Below are positions 10,291 through 18,931 of a DNA stretch of 32,000 bases, in pieces. Position 1 is the first letter of the stretch; the number at the start of each line of letters is the position of its first letter. Source of the DNA: Cuniculiplasma divulgatum (GTDB lineage Archaea > Thermoplasmatota > Thermoplasmata > Thermoplasmatales > Thermoplasmataceae). Location: positions 570,001-602,000 of the forward strand of contig NZ_LT671858.1 in NCBI RefSeq assembly GCF_900083515.1. Direction: 5' to 3'. The notes beneath the pieces are model-generated. The model made no database searches, was not told where the DNA came from, and saw nothing but the letters and a program-made list of their open reading frames with translations. Made by a program: the position numbers and the translations under genes.

Positions 10291-11644
10291 TTTTGATAGA
10301 TTTTTATTTGCCTACACCATAGGTTCACACATTATCATAGTGAGTGCAAGCATTGCATTAAGCCTAATTCTTGCCATTCTGGAATTCATGATCACAAGGA
10401 AAAATGTACCTGAGTACAAAACCATGCTTTTCAAGCTCAAAAGAATGTTTATAGTTTCATTTGGGGTGGGAACCGCCAGTGGAATAGTACTTGCAGTGGA
10501 ACTGGTGAATCTGTTTCCAGGTTTTATGACCTTTGTGTCGAGCACTGGAGCCATATCACTCTTCTATGCTGAGGTTTCTGCCTTCTTCCTGGAAACCATT
10601 GCCCTTGTGATTTACGTTTATTATCAGGACGTTTTCAAATGGAAGTATGCAAATTTTGGGTTATCCATACTGGTGGCACTGGGTGTAATAATGTCTGCCG
10701 TATTTATAACAATGGTAAACGCATGGATGAACACACCCAACGGCTTCAACAAATCTGTATATCTTAGCACTGGAAAAATCACCGATGTGAATCCTTTCGC
10801 CCCCTTTGATACTGTTTCCACATTTAACGAACTTGCACATGTTCTTACAACAACAATCTTTGTTGGATTTGTTATATTAGGAGCATTCTTTGCATACCAG
10901 TATATCAGATCGAAGGACAGTGAAACAAGATTCATAACAAAACTCGGAATAAGAATTTCAGGCTGGATGTCAGCTGTTTTCATACTTCTTGCCGGTATAA
11001 CAGGAGGAAATGAGGTAATCAGTCTCCTCAAATATCAGCCAGTGAAGTACGCTGCCATTGAGCTTGATCCAAACCCCGGAAGTGGATTTGGTGAACATCT
11101 TCTTGGATCAATAGTTAATGGTAGAATCGTGGGCTCAATAACCATCCCTGGATTGCAGGCGTTCCTTGCAAACTTTGAGGCTGGAATAACAAAATTGCCT
11201 GGTCTCTCCTCCTATCCTCAATCTGACTGGCCTCCACTGTTTGTTCACACATCTTTTGATGTAATGGTTGGCGGAGGTCTTGTGCTTGGTTTATTCTTTT
11301 TCATATTCTTCATTTACGAAATATTCAGGAAGGACATGTTCAGAAACAGGATCATTATGTATTTGGAAATTGCAGTGGGCTTCTTTGCCCTCATCGTATA
11401 TGACATGGGCTGGGTTACGGACGAGGTTGGAAGACAGCCATGGATCATCTATGATGTGATGACTGTGAATCAGGCTGCCAATTACTCTAATGCACTCATA
11501 GTTCCAGGTTATCTCATAATAGCTTTCTATCTCTTCCTTATACCATTCACATTCTATTTCTTCGCAAGGGTTTTCAAGGGTAAATCTGCAACTCATAAAT
11601 CTACTGAAAGTAAGAGGATTCCAAACAAACAGGGAGGTGAGTGA
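10277..11644 (+). CDS. cydA: Cytochrome bd-type quinol oxidase subunit I
   Basis: Strong RBS aaggaggt upstream. N-terminal His in TIGSHIIIV, the GRQPWIIYDVM signature, and a multi-TM protein of 455 aa. Confidence 0.88.
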   Translation: MLSANFDRFLFAYTIGSHIIIVSASIALSLILAILEFMITRKNVPEYKTMLFKLKRMFIVSFGVGTASGIVLAVELVNLFPGFMTFVSSTGAISLFYAEVSAFFLETIALVIYVYYQDVFKWKYANFGLSILVALGVIMSAVFITMVNAWMNTPNGFNKSVYLSTGKITDVNPFAPFDTVSTFNELAHVLTTTIFVGFVILGAFFAYQYIRSKDSETRFITKLGIRISGWMSAVFILLAGITGGNEVISLLKYQPVKYAAIELDPNPGSGFGEHLLGSIVNGRIVGSITIPGLQAFLANFEAGITKLPGLSSYPQSDWPPLFVHTSFDVMVGGGLVLGLFFFIFFIYEIFRKDMFRNRIIMYLEIAVGFFALIVYDMGWVTDEVGRQPWIIYDVMTVNQAANYSNALIVPGYLIIAFYLFLIPFTFYFFARVFKGKSATHKSTESKRIPNKQGGE

Positions 11645-12596
11645 GTTGAATTACACATTCTATCTGGTATTCGCAATCTTTTCTGCATTCATGGCACTAT
11701 TTTTATCAGAAGCAATGGGTGCATTCCAGATGCTGTTTAACTGGGAGAAGAGCAACAGCAAGGTTATTTCATATATAACTCCAGTTTGGGAAATAACCGG
11801 AACGTTCGCAGCATTCTTTGTTGTAGCAGCTGACTTCGCATTCCCAAAAATAATAATTCCACTGGCATCAATCTATGCGGGAGAGATAATGGTCTTTCTG
11901 ATCTTCTTTGTGGCAAGGAACGCTACATTTGTCGTGGGAGAATTTGTTAGTTCTAGAGGCTACATGACAAGAAAGAACATGTTCAAGGCATACTCAATAG
12001 TTACTCTTTTCATAGGATTTGTTGCACTTCTGGTAGTTGGAGGAATAATAGGAAGTGATGGTGTGAGCATCGCTTCCATGAGTTTCAGTCCTGTAGCATG
12101 GTTCCTTAATCCATCCTCATACATACTGATACTATCTGCAGTGTTCCTGATAGCCGGTCTATCCTATGTATTTTATGACACGGGGAATAGAAGCAAGAGT
12201 GCAATATTTTCCCTGCTGGGTATAGTTTTTGGAGGAATCGCATTTTATCTGCTGAATAGTGCTGTGTTCTCTGTATTAATCATAATTCCAGTGGTGATAA
12301 TTGTTATACCGGTTATTCTTTCATACATCAGAAAAATCACTCCCATACTGAAAAACAAGGCATTTCTCGTATCATGGGTTGCACTTGACGTATTCACACT
12401 GAATTTTCTGGTATATCCAACAGCATTTAAGGGTGCAATAAATGTACAGAGTGTTACCACCTCAGGGCCTATGGATACAGCTTTCTTCATAATTACTGCA
12501 TTTGGTCTTGTTCTATTGCTGGCACTTTTCGCAGTGTACGGAAAGGCAGTGAAGAATTCCAGAAATATGAAGAAAATGGAGAATATAACAGAATAA
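11637..12596 (+). CDS. cydB: Cytochrome bd-type oxidase subunit II-like membrane protein
   Basis: Polytopic membrane protein that overlaps the cydA stop. The true start may be TTG 11646, which is better spaced from the GGGAGGTGA at 11632-11640. Confidence 0.65.
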   Translation: MSELNYTFYLVFAIFSAFMALFLSEAMGAFQMLFNWEKSNSKVISYITPVWEITGTFAAFFVVAADFAFPKIIIPLASIYAGEIMVFLIFFVARNATFVVGEFVSSRGYMTRKNMFKAYSIVTLFIGFVALLVVGGIIGSDGVSIASMSFSPVAWFLNPSSYILILSAVFLIAGLSYVFYDTGNRSKSAIFSLLGIVFGGIAFYLLNSAVFSVLIIIPVVIIVIPVILSYIRKITPILKNKAFLVSWVALDVFTLNFLVYPTAFKGAINVQSVTTSGPMDTAFFIITAFGLVLLLALFAVYGKAVKNSRNMKKMENITE

Positions 12597-12648
12597 ACTC
12601 TGTAAGTTTTCTCCATAATAATTTTTAAAATATTTTAAAATGAAACAG

Positions 12649-13521
12649 TTACTTTTTAATTCCTTTTGCCGAAAAGATAATGCCTATACTTACAAGTAAC
12701 AGACCTGCTATCTCATAAACCGATGGAATTTCATTCAGTAAGAAAATGCTAAAAATTACAGAGAGTGCAGGAACAAGGAAGAGGAAGGATGAGATAGTAG
12801 AAACCCTGTATTCTCTATTAAGATGCAGGAAGGCATAATAGGCTATGGCCGTGCCTGGGAATCCTATAATAATAACAATGATCAGGAAAGTAAGATTTGG
12901 TTCAAACAGTGTAATGTTAGGCTGGAACACTCCCGCCACCATCAGAGCAGGAACTATGGCGAAGGCAAACTGATAGAAATTTGTTGTCTCCCGCTCCGTC
13001 CCACCGAGATATTTTTTGTAATATATGGTTCCTGAAGCCCAGCTGACAGAACCCAGAAAGGCAATTAACACACCAATTCCCAGACCTGAGATCAATCCAT
13101 GGAAAAATATTACAATAACACCGGAAAATCCAAGGATAATTCCAAGAATAACGTACCTGTTATACGATTCCTTCAGAAATATAATAGAAAGAAGAGTTGA
13201 AATTACCGGATAGGTGTAAATCAGAATTGCAGAGAGTGAAGAGGAGATGGTAGTTTCAGCTATGAACCACAGCTCCATGAAGATGAAAACATTCAGCATT
13301 GAAAGGATGAATAGGGGAATAATCTCATTCCTCCTTATGTTGAATCTCAACTTTCTGTTAAATATGATTAAAACTCCAACCAGAGAAATGAGAATTCTGT
13401 AAAACAGAAGTGTAAAGGAATCAACATAGTTAAGTGCAAATTTCACCAGAGGATAATTCAAAGCCCAGAATGAAACCATAATCACAAATAGAACAATATC
13501 ATTTTTCCTGCTCATTCTCAT
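12649..13521 (-). CDS. EamA/DMT-superfamily transporter
   Basis: 290 aa, about 10 TM segments in two similar halves, with the typical ALNYPLVKFAL / WASGTIYYK patterns. Confidence 0.8.
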   Translation of the reverse strand: MRMSRKNDIVLFVIMVSFWALNYPLVKFALNYVDSFTLLFYRILISLVGVLIIFNRKLRFNIRRNEIIPLFILSMLNVFIFMELWFIAETTISSSLSAILIYTYPVISTLLSIIFLKESYNRYVILGIILGFSGVIVIFFHGLISGLGIGVLIAFLGSVSWASGTIYYKKYLGGTERETTNFYQFAFAIVPALMVAGVFQPNITLFEPNLTFLIIVIIIGFPGTAIAYYAFLHLNREYRVSTISSFLFLVPALSVIFSIFLLNEIPSVYEIAGLLLVSIGIIFSAKGIKK

Positions 13522-13626
13522 TCACAATTTCTTCAAGGTATTACAAACTACATCTTTAAATCATTCAAAAGTATGTATGGGATCGAAGACGGAAATCCCT
13601 TTATAAGACAGTGAAATAGTGTTAAT

Positions 13627-15072
13627 ATGGTGTCAGGAATCTTCACAGACAGGAACAAAATACTTGAATTCTTTAATTCCAGAGGTCTCATTGTGGATCC
13701 TGCCGCCTTGCAGATTATAATGGAAAAATCTCTGGGTACAATGATTACACACCTTATTGACAATGAAACAATGAAATCAGGCATAGTTGGAAGGCAAAAT
13801 GTTCTAAATCTTATAGGTGGAAATCAGGTCAAAAACCCTGCCGTTATGAGAGAAATAGATGTAAATGATATCAAGGCAAACAGTTCCGTGGAAGATTTCA
13901 GAAAGATGTTTGTTAACAGGTATGAAACATTAAAAAGTATTATTGTCAATGCCGGAAAGTTCAGGGAGGTAGACTCCATTTCTTCCGTAAGGGAAAAGGA
14001 TTCAAGAGAAGTTAAGATTGTAGGAATGATCAGTAATGTTACAGAAACAAGAAATGGTCATAAGAAATTCAGGATAGAAGATACAGAATCATACATAGAT
14101 GTGATAATTCTGAAGAAAAACCCCATGGCAAAGGAGTTGCTTCTCAATGATGAGGTCGTAGGTGTAATAGGAAGCAGACCCAGGGCTAGCAATGACAGGG
14201 AGAATTCTGAGCCTGTGATATTTGCTAATGAGTTAATAAGACCGGATATTCCAGAAAGAATGATTGATGACACGGGCTTACCACCAGAATATGTATGTTC
14301 CATATCTGATATTCATGTGGGAAGCAAGACTTTTATCAAGAACGGTTTCTCAAGTTTTCTTAAATGGATCAACTCTTCAAGTGATGAATCTGCTAATCTG
14401 AAGCATCTCATACTGAGTGGGGATGTTGTTGATGGTATAGGTGTTTATCCAAACCAGGAAAATGATCTTGAAATTGTAAATCCAAAGGAGCAGTACGAAT
14501 ATCTGGCCGAATTTGTGAATCAGGTGCCATCAGACATTAACGTTTACATTATGCCTGGAAATCATGATACCGTAAGACTGGCGGAACCACAGCCTGAGCT
14601 AAGTCCTGCCATCAGGCAAATGTTCACTGAAAAGGTCACTTTCCTTCCAAATCCATATAACCTTAGAATAAAGAAGAAGCTCATAACACTTTATCACGGG
14701 ATGTCCCTGAATGATCTAATAGAATTGATTCCAGGAGGTAACATGAACAGTGTTGGAAAGGCCATAGAACTGATGCTTAAGAGGAGGTATATGGGACCTG
14801 TATACGGTGGAAGGACACCCATAATTCCAAATCAGTTTGATCCACATATATTCAGGGATGTTCCAGATATATTCATAACAGGGCACATACATGGGCATTA
14901 TCTTGGAAATTACAATGGCGTTAGATATGTGAATTCCTCAACATGGCAGTCTCAGACTGAATACCAGAAAATGATGAACTATTCTCCTGATCCATGCATA
15001 GCAACATTGTTTGATCTTAATTCAAAAACAGTGATTAAGAAAAATTTTCTCCCTAAAGCGTTCTCAGAATAA
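13627..15072 (+). CDS. DNA polymerase II (PolD) small subunit DP1, Mre11-like phosphoesterase
   Basis: OB-fold region followed by the calcineurin-like motifs SDIHVGS, SGDVVDGIGVYP, MPGNHD and ITGHIHGH. Confidence 0.88.
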   Translation: MVSGIFTDRNKILEFFNSRGLIVDPAALQIIMEKSLGTMITHLIDNETMKSGIVGRQNVLNLIGGNQVKNPAVMREIDVNDIKANSSVEDFRKMFVNRYETLKSIIVNAGKFREVDSISSVREKDSREVKIVGMISNVTETRNGHKKFRIEDTESYIDVIILKKNPMAKELLLNDEVVGVIGSRPRASNDRENSEPVIFANELIRPDIPERMIDDTGLPPEYVCSISDIHVGSKTFIKNGFSSFLKWINSSSDESANLKHLILSGDVVDGIGVYPNQENDLEIVNPKEQYEYLAEFVNQVPSDINVYIMPGNHDTVRLAEPQPELSPAIRQMFTEKVTFLPNPYNLRIKKKLITLYHGMSLNDLIELIPGGNMNSVGKAIELMLKRRYMGPVYGGRTPIIPNQFDPHIFRDVPDIFITGHIHGHYLGNYNGVRYVNSSTWQSQTEYQKMMNYSPDPCIATLFDLNSKTVIKKNFLPKAFSE

Positions 15073-15394
15073 TCTCTTCGATCTCTTTTCTAAAGGTATC
15101 CACTATATCCTTGGTTGCTGTGTCCCTCACTGATTGCGGAGCACTCATGAACCCTATTTTTGCCGTTATTTTTGCCATTTTAGCCATGGAATCATATTCC
15201 TTGATCTTTGCTTCTAGGTATCCTTCTATTATCCTTGCTAGCTCCTTCTTTAGCTCAGGATCCTCATTAAGTTTCTTCCTTACATATTCCTTAATCAGAT
15301 CTTTCACTATGTCACGGACAGCTTCCAGATACATTTCTTCAGATGGAAGGGTGCTCATCATATCCTTGATATATTTTTGAATGTCTTCAGGCAT
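15053..15394 (-). CDS. Hypothetical small helical, charged protein
   Basis: 113-aa ORF with a Lys/Glu-rich helical pattern, convergent with polD-small and overlapping it by 20 nt. No recognisable motif. Confidence 0.45.
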   Translation of the reverse strand: MPEDIQKYIKDMMSTLPSEEMYLEAVRDIVKDLIKEYVRKKLNEDPELKKELARIIEGYLEAKIKEYDSMAKMAKITAKIGFMSAPQSVRDTATKDIVDTFRKEIEEIILRTL

Positions 15395-15551
15395 ATATTC
15401 AGAATGTAATGGAATAAATAAAGGTTCACAAAATAAATATTTATAAGAAGTCTTAATATCCTTATACTTTATGTGGGAAAAATAAGTATTGTCTCACGAT
15501 TGGGGTGAAATATTGAAACGAAGTTCAAGAGATTGGAAAAAGAGAGGAAAC

Positions 15552-15620
15552 ATGCGCTGGAAATGGAAAAAGAAGAGAATTAGAAGACTGAAGAGGCAGA
15601 GAAGAGCCAACAAATCCTGA
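15552..15620 (+). CDS. rpl41e: Ribosomal protein L41e (22 aa, absent from the ORF track)
   Basis: ATG 15552 to TGA 15618-15620 translates to [22 protein letters not shown], matching the extremely basic L41e pattern (xRxKWKKKRxRRLKRKRR). An in-frame TTG at 15513 would add [13 protein letters not shown]. Confidence 0.75.
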   Translation: MRWKWKKKRIRRLKRQRRANKS

Positions 15621-15655
15621 TTTCACCTTTTTGATCGAATTTTTATATTAATATT

Positions 15656-15676
15656 ACCCGTTTCATGTAAACGGGT
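15656..15676. terminator. Hairpin between convergent genes (possible bidirectional terminator)
   Basis: ACCCGTTT (15656-15663), CATGT loop, AAACGGGT (15669-15676): a perfect 8-bp stem flanked by T-runs, between the L41e stop and the stop of the minus-strand gene at 15713. Confidence 0.35.
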
Positions 15677-15712
15677 GTATAATAGACATTTTTACCTTTT
15701 ACATTAACCGTT

Positions 15713-16123
15713 TTAGATTTTATTCAAAATTTCCTCTTCCATAATTTCTTCCTTTTTGGAATTTACAATCTTTTCATTTTTATACACAAGGAATCCACCT
15801 ACTATTGAAACCAGTGGACCAATATAAAATCCTCCTCTTATGACCAGAATTATCAAACTGGCCAGTATGGCTAGGATTCCTATACCGTAAAAACCCTTTC
15901 CCTTTCCGTAATAGCAAAAGATGATCACAATAAAGCTGAGAGCAATCACCGCAAGAGATGCATATGGATTTATTTCTATGGATTTCAGGAATGCGAGTGA
16001 ACCTGTTGATCCAGGATCAAGACCGAGAATAAATACGATCAGAGCCAGAAAAACTCCGGAGATCATGCTTATCAGTGAACCGGAAAAAGTGAGCAAATAT
16101 GAAAACCCCAGGGATATTTTCAT
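15713..16123 (-). CDS. Small membrane protein (about 4 TM), unknown function
   Basis: 136-aa ORF with four hydrophobic segments and an acidic C-terminal tail. Confidence 0.55.
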   Translation of the reverse strand: MKISLGFSYLLTFSGSLISMISGVFLALIVFILGLDPGSTGSLAFLKSIEINPYASLAVIALSFIVIIFCYYGKGKGFYGIGILAILASLIILVIRGGFYIGPLVSIVGGFLVYKNEKIVNSKKEEIMEEEILNKI

Positions 16124-16322
16124 AGAATTACATTGTTTTAAGTTTTTTAAGGTTTCTCAAACATATGCAACTGTTTGGAATGTTTAGAATTTATAAACAG
16201 GTTTCTTTATCACGCCTAAAAAATCCCACTTCAACTGACAGAACAGAGTCACTGTTAAATAGTTTTATCTAATTCAGAACCTACGGGGACATGGGGTAAT
16301 CAGGCATCCTATTGGGCTCCAG

Positions 16323-16390
16323 TCAGGTTTTGATTAGAAACGGGTCAACTGATATGGTGATGATTGACTGGAACTATGAACCGGGAAGAG
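16323..16390 (+). ncRNA. tRNA-Trp intron with box C/D guide RNA architecture
   Basis: Box C-like tTGATTA 16330-16336, 12-nt spacer, box D' CTGA 16349-16352, 5-nt loop, box C' GTGATGA 16357-16363, 12-nt spacer, box D-like ATGA 16376-16379. The spacers are complementary to the anticodon-loop and position-39 regions of the exons. Confidence 0.65.
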
Positions 16391-16404
16391 ACCCGCAGAT
16401 CTGG

Positions 16405-16425
16405 GTTCAAATCCCAGTGTCCCCA
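16405..16425 (+). repeat. attL: 21-bp direct repeat (3' end of tRNA-Trp)
   Basis: GTTCAAATCCCAGTGTCCCCA is identical to 24576-24596. Confidence 0.9.
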
Positions 16426-16508
16426 CTCTATATTGGGTTTGAGTATTATTTTCAAGACTTACTTATTAATTTTTCTTTATATACTAAGGGATGCCATTCT
16501 GGAATATA

Positions 16509-17204
16509 TTAATGAACGAATAATATTCTACTGTCTTTCAACTCGTCTTTTTTAAGTTTGTCCTTCCAACCCCCTGGCTTATATGATATTGCCACAGAAG
16601 GCCCATAAAAACCATTCTGAAGTTTTTCCATAGAGGAACCTTGCGTTATGGGATTTTCGAATAGGCGTGCCATCTGGGCAACTGCAAAGGCAAACTCGTG
16701 ATAGTGACCTATTGCCCTTTGAGAAAGAATATCTTGATTAATTAGTTCGTCAGGGTCTTTAAGGATGTCACTTTCGGTTATATTTGTGTTAAAAAGAGTG
16801 TTGTACAGCTCCCTAATTGCTTTATCGGTTTTGCTCTCTTTTCTTTGTATGTCCCCCTCATTGAATCTGAATACAAGAGGACCATGCGGGTTAAATTGGT
16901 ACCTTTCCTCATATTTCCCGGGAATTTTTATTATTTCATTACTCTCCATCAGGTCCTTCAGGGCTTCATTTATAGATTTAAAACGATCTTTCTTTGAAGT
17001 GATAAGGTCTTTACATACTTCCCAAAGGTCGTAAGCGTTGTAGGACTTCATCGGGGAGACCGCCATATTTGATAGATGCCAGGATTCCTCAAGGAGGATC
17101 CAGACCCTTGCTCGAACTGTTCTCCCAAACTCTTTAGCCATGTATTCAGGCGTAATATCAGGGGGATCCTTTGGCCATAATAATCTGTGTTCTGGGTTGT
17201 TCAT
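16509..17204 (-). CDS. Hypothetical protein (element cargo next to attL)
   Basis: 231-aa ORF with no motif recognised. Confidence 0.55.
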   Translation of the reverse strand: MNNPEHRLLWPKDPPDITPEYMAKEFGRTVRARVWILLEESWHLSNMAVSPMKSYNAYDLWEVCKDLITSKKDRFKSINEALKDLMESNEIIKIPGKYEERYQFNPHGPLVFRFNEGDIQRKESKTDKAIRELYNTLFNTNITESDILKDPDELINQDILSQRAIGHYHEFAFAVAQMARLFENPITQGSSMEKLQNGFYGPSVAISYKPGGWKDKLKKDELKDSRILFVH

Positions 17205-17320
17205 TATGAATGTATTATGAGAGCATTAATAATAAAGGTTTGTCTTAATAAAAGTCGAGGTAAGATTAAAGATTTTTAAATAGTGCGTCACTAATAGTTG
17301 CTAAGTCTACTCATGATTAT

Positions 17321-17482
17321 ATGAAAAGGATCAGTAGAAAAGTAACGGACTTTAATGGTTCGAGATATGCTCTGATACCGTTCTTTGTCGCGGAGCTATA
17401 CGGCATTGAACCTGGCAGTGCGGTAGAAATCGACACATCAGATCAGGACGTCCTCGTTCTGAAAATAAAGAAAGAGGCCTAG
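17321..17482 (+). CDS. AbrB/SpoVT-like swapped-hairpin DNA-binding protein (53 aa, not in ORF track)
   Basis: Hand translation MKRISRKVTDFNGSRYALIPFFVAELYGIEPGSAVEIDTSDQDVLVLKIKKEA follows the AbrB/MazE pattern (x-IP-x-x-hydrophobic-x-x-LGI-x-x-G-x-x-VEI ... LVLK). Confidence 0.7.
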   Translation: MKRISRKVTDFNGSRYALIPFFVAELYGIEPGSAVEIDTSDQDVLVLKIKKEA

Positions 17483-17493
17483 AAATGATCGGA

Positions 17494-17649
17494 TCAGAGC
17501 TTTTCAACAAGAAGCGACCCGTCATCTCGCAGGGTGATTTTAAGTTGCTCGCCGTGAACAAAAGGCAGGTCCCCTGTAACGCCTTTGGGAACGTAAATCC
17601 TCCCGGCGCCGTCTCTGTCAACGTAAAACTTGCATGTGCCTTTCTTCAT
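17494..17649 (-). CDS. AbrB/SpoVT-like DNA-binding protein (51 aa, not in ORF track)
   Basis: Hand translation MKKGTCKFYVDRDGAGRIYVPKGVTGDLPFVHGEQLKITLRDDGSLLVEKL carries the GRIYVPK core typical of the AbrB fold. Convergent with the previous gene, stops 11 nt apart. Confidence 0.7.
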   Translation of the reverse strand: MKKGTCKFYVDRDGAGRIYVPKGVTGDLPFVHGEQLKITLRDDGSLLVEKL

Positions 17650-17685
17650 ATTTACATAATCATTCAAACCTATATAAAAGTGTTC

Positions 17686-17736
17686 ATATCCTTACATTTC
17701 CGTAAGTTTTATATCCTTATAATTCCTTACGGAAAT
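17686..17736. promoter_or_regulatory. Operator-like repeats in the divergent promoter region of the element
   Basis: Perfect 11-bp inverted repeat ATTTCCGTAAG (17696-17706) / CTTACGGAAAT (17726-17736) with a 19-nt spacer. It is interleaved with three direct copies of ATATCCTTAY-like 10-mers (17686-17695, 17711-17720, 17721-17730). Confidence 0.5.
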
Positions 17737-17762
17737 ATACAGAAATATAAGGTGATATTAAA

Positions 17763-17927
17763 ATGACAACGATTAACCTGGCCCCTCTCAAGCAGAAAGC
17801 GTTAAACTTCCCTGAACCCGTAAAGTCCTTAATCTTGAGTGAACCTGACATGATCGATGCACAAGACTTCATCTCTAAACTGGGCACTTGGCTGAAACTC
17901 GTCAACATGGAGGAAAGGCAAAAATGA
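17763..17927 (+). CDS. Small hypothetical protein (54 aa) translationally coupled to PrimPol
   Basis: ATG 17763 to TGA 17925-17927, MTTINLAPLKQKALNFPEP.... The stop overlaps the ATG at 17924 of the next gene (ATGA). Confidence 0.4.
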   Translation: MTTINLAPLKQKALNFPEPVKSLILSEPDMIDAQDFISKLGTWLKLVNMEERQK

Positions 17928-18931
17928 AAAAAGAAGAGATTGGTGATTCGCATGAGTACAATTGTCACAGCCTATTAAACTTTACGAAGTCGGTTAAAAA
18001 GCCCACTCAACAGGCCTTAGCCGTTGAATATGCAAAGATGGGATTCCCGGTTTTTCCATGTTATTCGAACAAGGCCCCAATAGTGGATCATTTTTTAGGT
18101 TTTATGCGTGGCCTAAAAGATGCCACGACTGACCCTAAGGTAATAGCAAAAACATGGCACAAATACCCGAATGCCGGGATCGGCTTTGCTCTCCCGAAAA
18201 CCCTCATAGTTTTAGATTGCGACGTCGAAAAAAATTCGCAAAAAAATCCAGTACTGTATAATGGAGAACCTAACATTATCGGGCTGAAATCATTCCAGAA
18301 GCTTGTTTTGGATTGTAACATTTCTGGATATTATCTTAATACACTTTCGTTGAAGACCCAGTCAGGAGGGCGGCATTTCTATTATAGGATGCCAGATTGT
18401 ATTAGTTCGTTCAGTCACACAAGAGCCATGGAAGGGCTCGACATCAAGGGTTATGGAGGCTATGTTATCCTTCCAAATTCCCAGGGTCAATACGGTAGGT
18501 ATGAATTTCTAAACCTGACTGAGATAAAGCCCATACCTGAGGGTTTGCTGAAATGGGTGCTCCGAGTTGGAGGAAAAAAAGAGGCAATTAACAGGGTTTT
18601 TCATGAGACTCAGGAAATTGAGGATCCCAGAGTCGAAGAATTTGTTAATGAAATTCTGCCCGCATGGAATAGCGCCATAAGAGCGCACCTTGGAAACGAC
18701 TTTCGAATGGCAATAGCGGGGACTCTATACCATTACGGATGGCCTAAAACCATGGCTAAACGTGCTATGCGAATGCTAATCGACCACTCTGAGATACCAG
18801 GACTTTCAGACAAAAACGCAGTCGAATACACTTATAAAAACGGTGCAGCGGGTAAGCCAATCCGAGGATTTAGCACACTGGAGAAATTAATAAACAAATT
18901 GGAAGGTGAAGAACATGACAGCAAAAACTGA
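17924..18931 (+). CDS. Bifunctional DNA primase-polymerase (archaeo-eukaryotic primase superfamily PrimPol domain)
   Basis: GFPVFPCYSNKAP, LDCDVE (DxD metal site) and QSGGRHFYY (sGGxH) motifs. I prefer ATG 17924 (ATGA coupling) over the track start 17888. Confidence 0.85.
   Translation: MKKEEIGDSHEYNCHSLLNFTKSVKKPTQQALAVEYAKMGFPVFPCYSNKAPIVDHFLGFMRGLKDATTDPKVIAKTWHKYPNAGIGFALPKTLIVLDCDVEKNSQKNPVLYNGEPNIIGLKSFQKLVLDCNISGYYLNTLSLKTQSGGRHFYYRMPDCISSFSHTRAMEGLDIKGYGGYVILPNSQGQYGRYEFLNLTEIKPIPEGLLKWVLRVGGKKEAINRVFHETQEIEDPRVEEFVNEILPAWNSAIRAHLGNDFRMAIAGTLYHYGWPKTMAKRAMRMLIDHSEIPGLSDKNAVEYTYKNGAAGKPIRGFSTLEKLINKLEGEEHDSKN

Larger units (their letters stand above)
16285..16425 (+). tRNA. trnW: tRNA-Trp (anticodon CCA) with a 68-nt intron after position 37
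   Basis: Acceptor GGGGACA / TGTCCCC plus discriminator A. D arm GGGT..TCCT with A14, GG18-19 and A21. Anticodon stem TTGGG, loop C-T-CCA-G. Exon 2 is A-CCCGC-AGAT. T arm CTGGG-TTCAAAT-CCCAG. Exons 16285-16322 and 16391-16425 give a 73-nt mature tRNA. One T27:C43 mismatch. Confidence 0.8.

Noticed and set aside
16312-16555. Track ORFs 16312..16512 and 16364..16555 (+)
   Set aside because: They run through the tRNA-Trp gene, its intron and attL. The shared QIPVSP peptide with ORF 24474..24737 merely reflects the 21-bp att repeat.
17352-17766. Track ORFs 17352..17621 (-), 89 aa, and 17485..17766 (+), 93 aa
   Set aside because: Their low-complexity, Cys/Arg/Pro-rich translations have no motif. 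They lie in alternative frames over two short ORFs that give clean AbrB/SpoVT-like proteins, and over the promoter/operator region. I treated them as frame shadows.
17717-17968. Track ORF 17717..17968 (-), 83 aa
   Set aside because: It is antisense to the 54-aa ORF and the PrimPol start, and overlaps the operator region. The plus-strand operon with ATGA coupling explains the region better.
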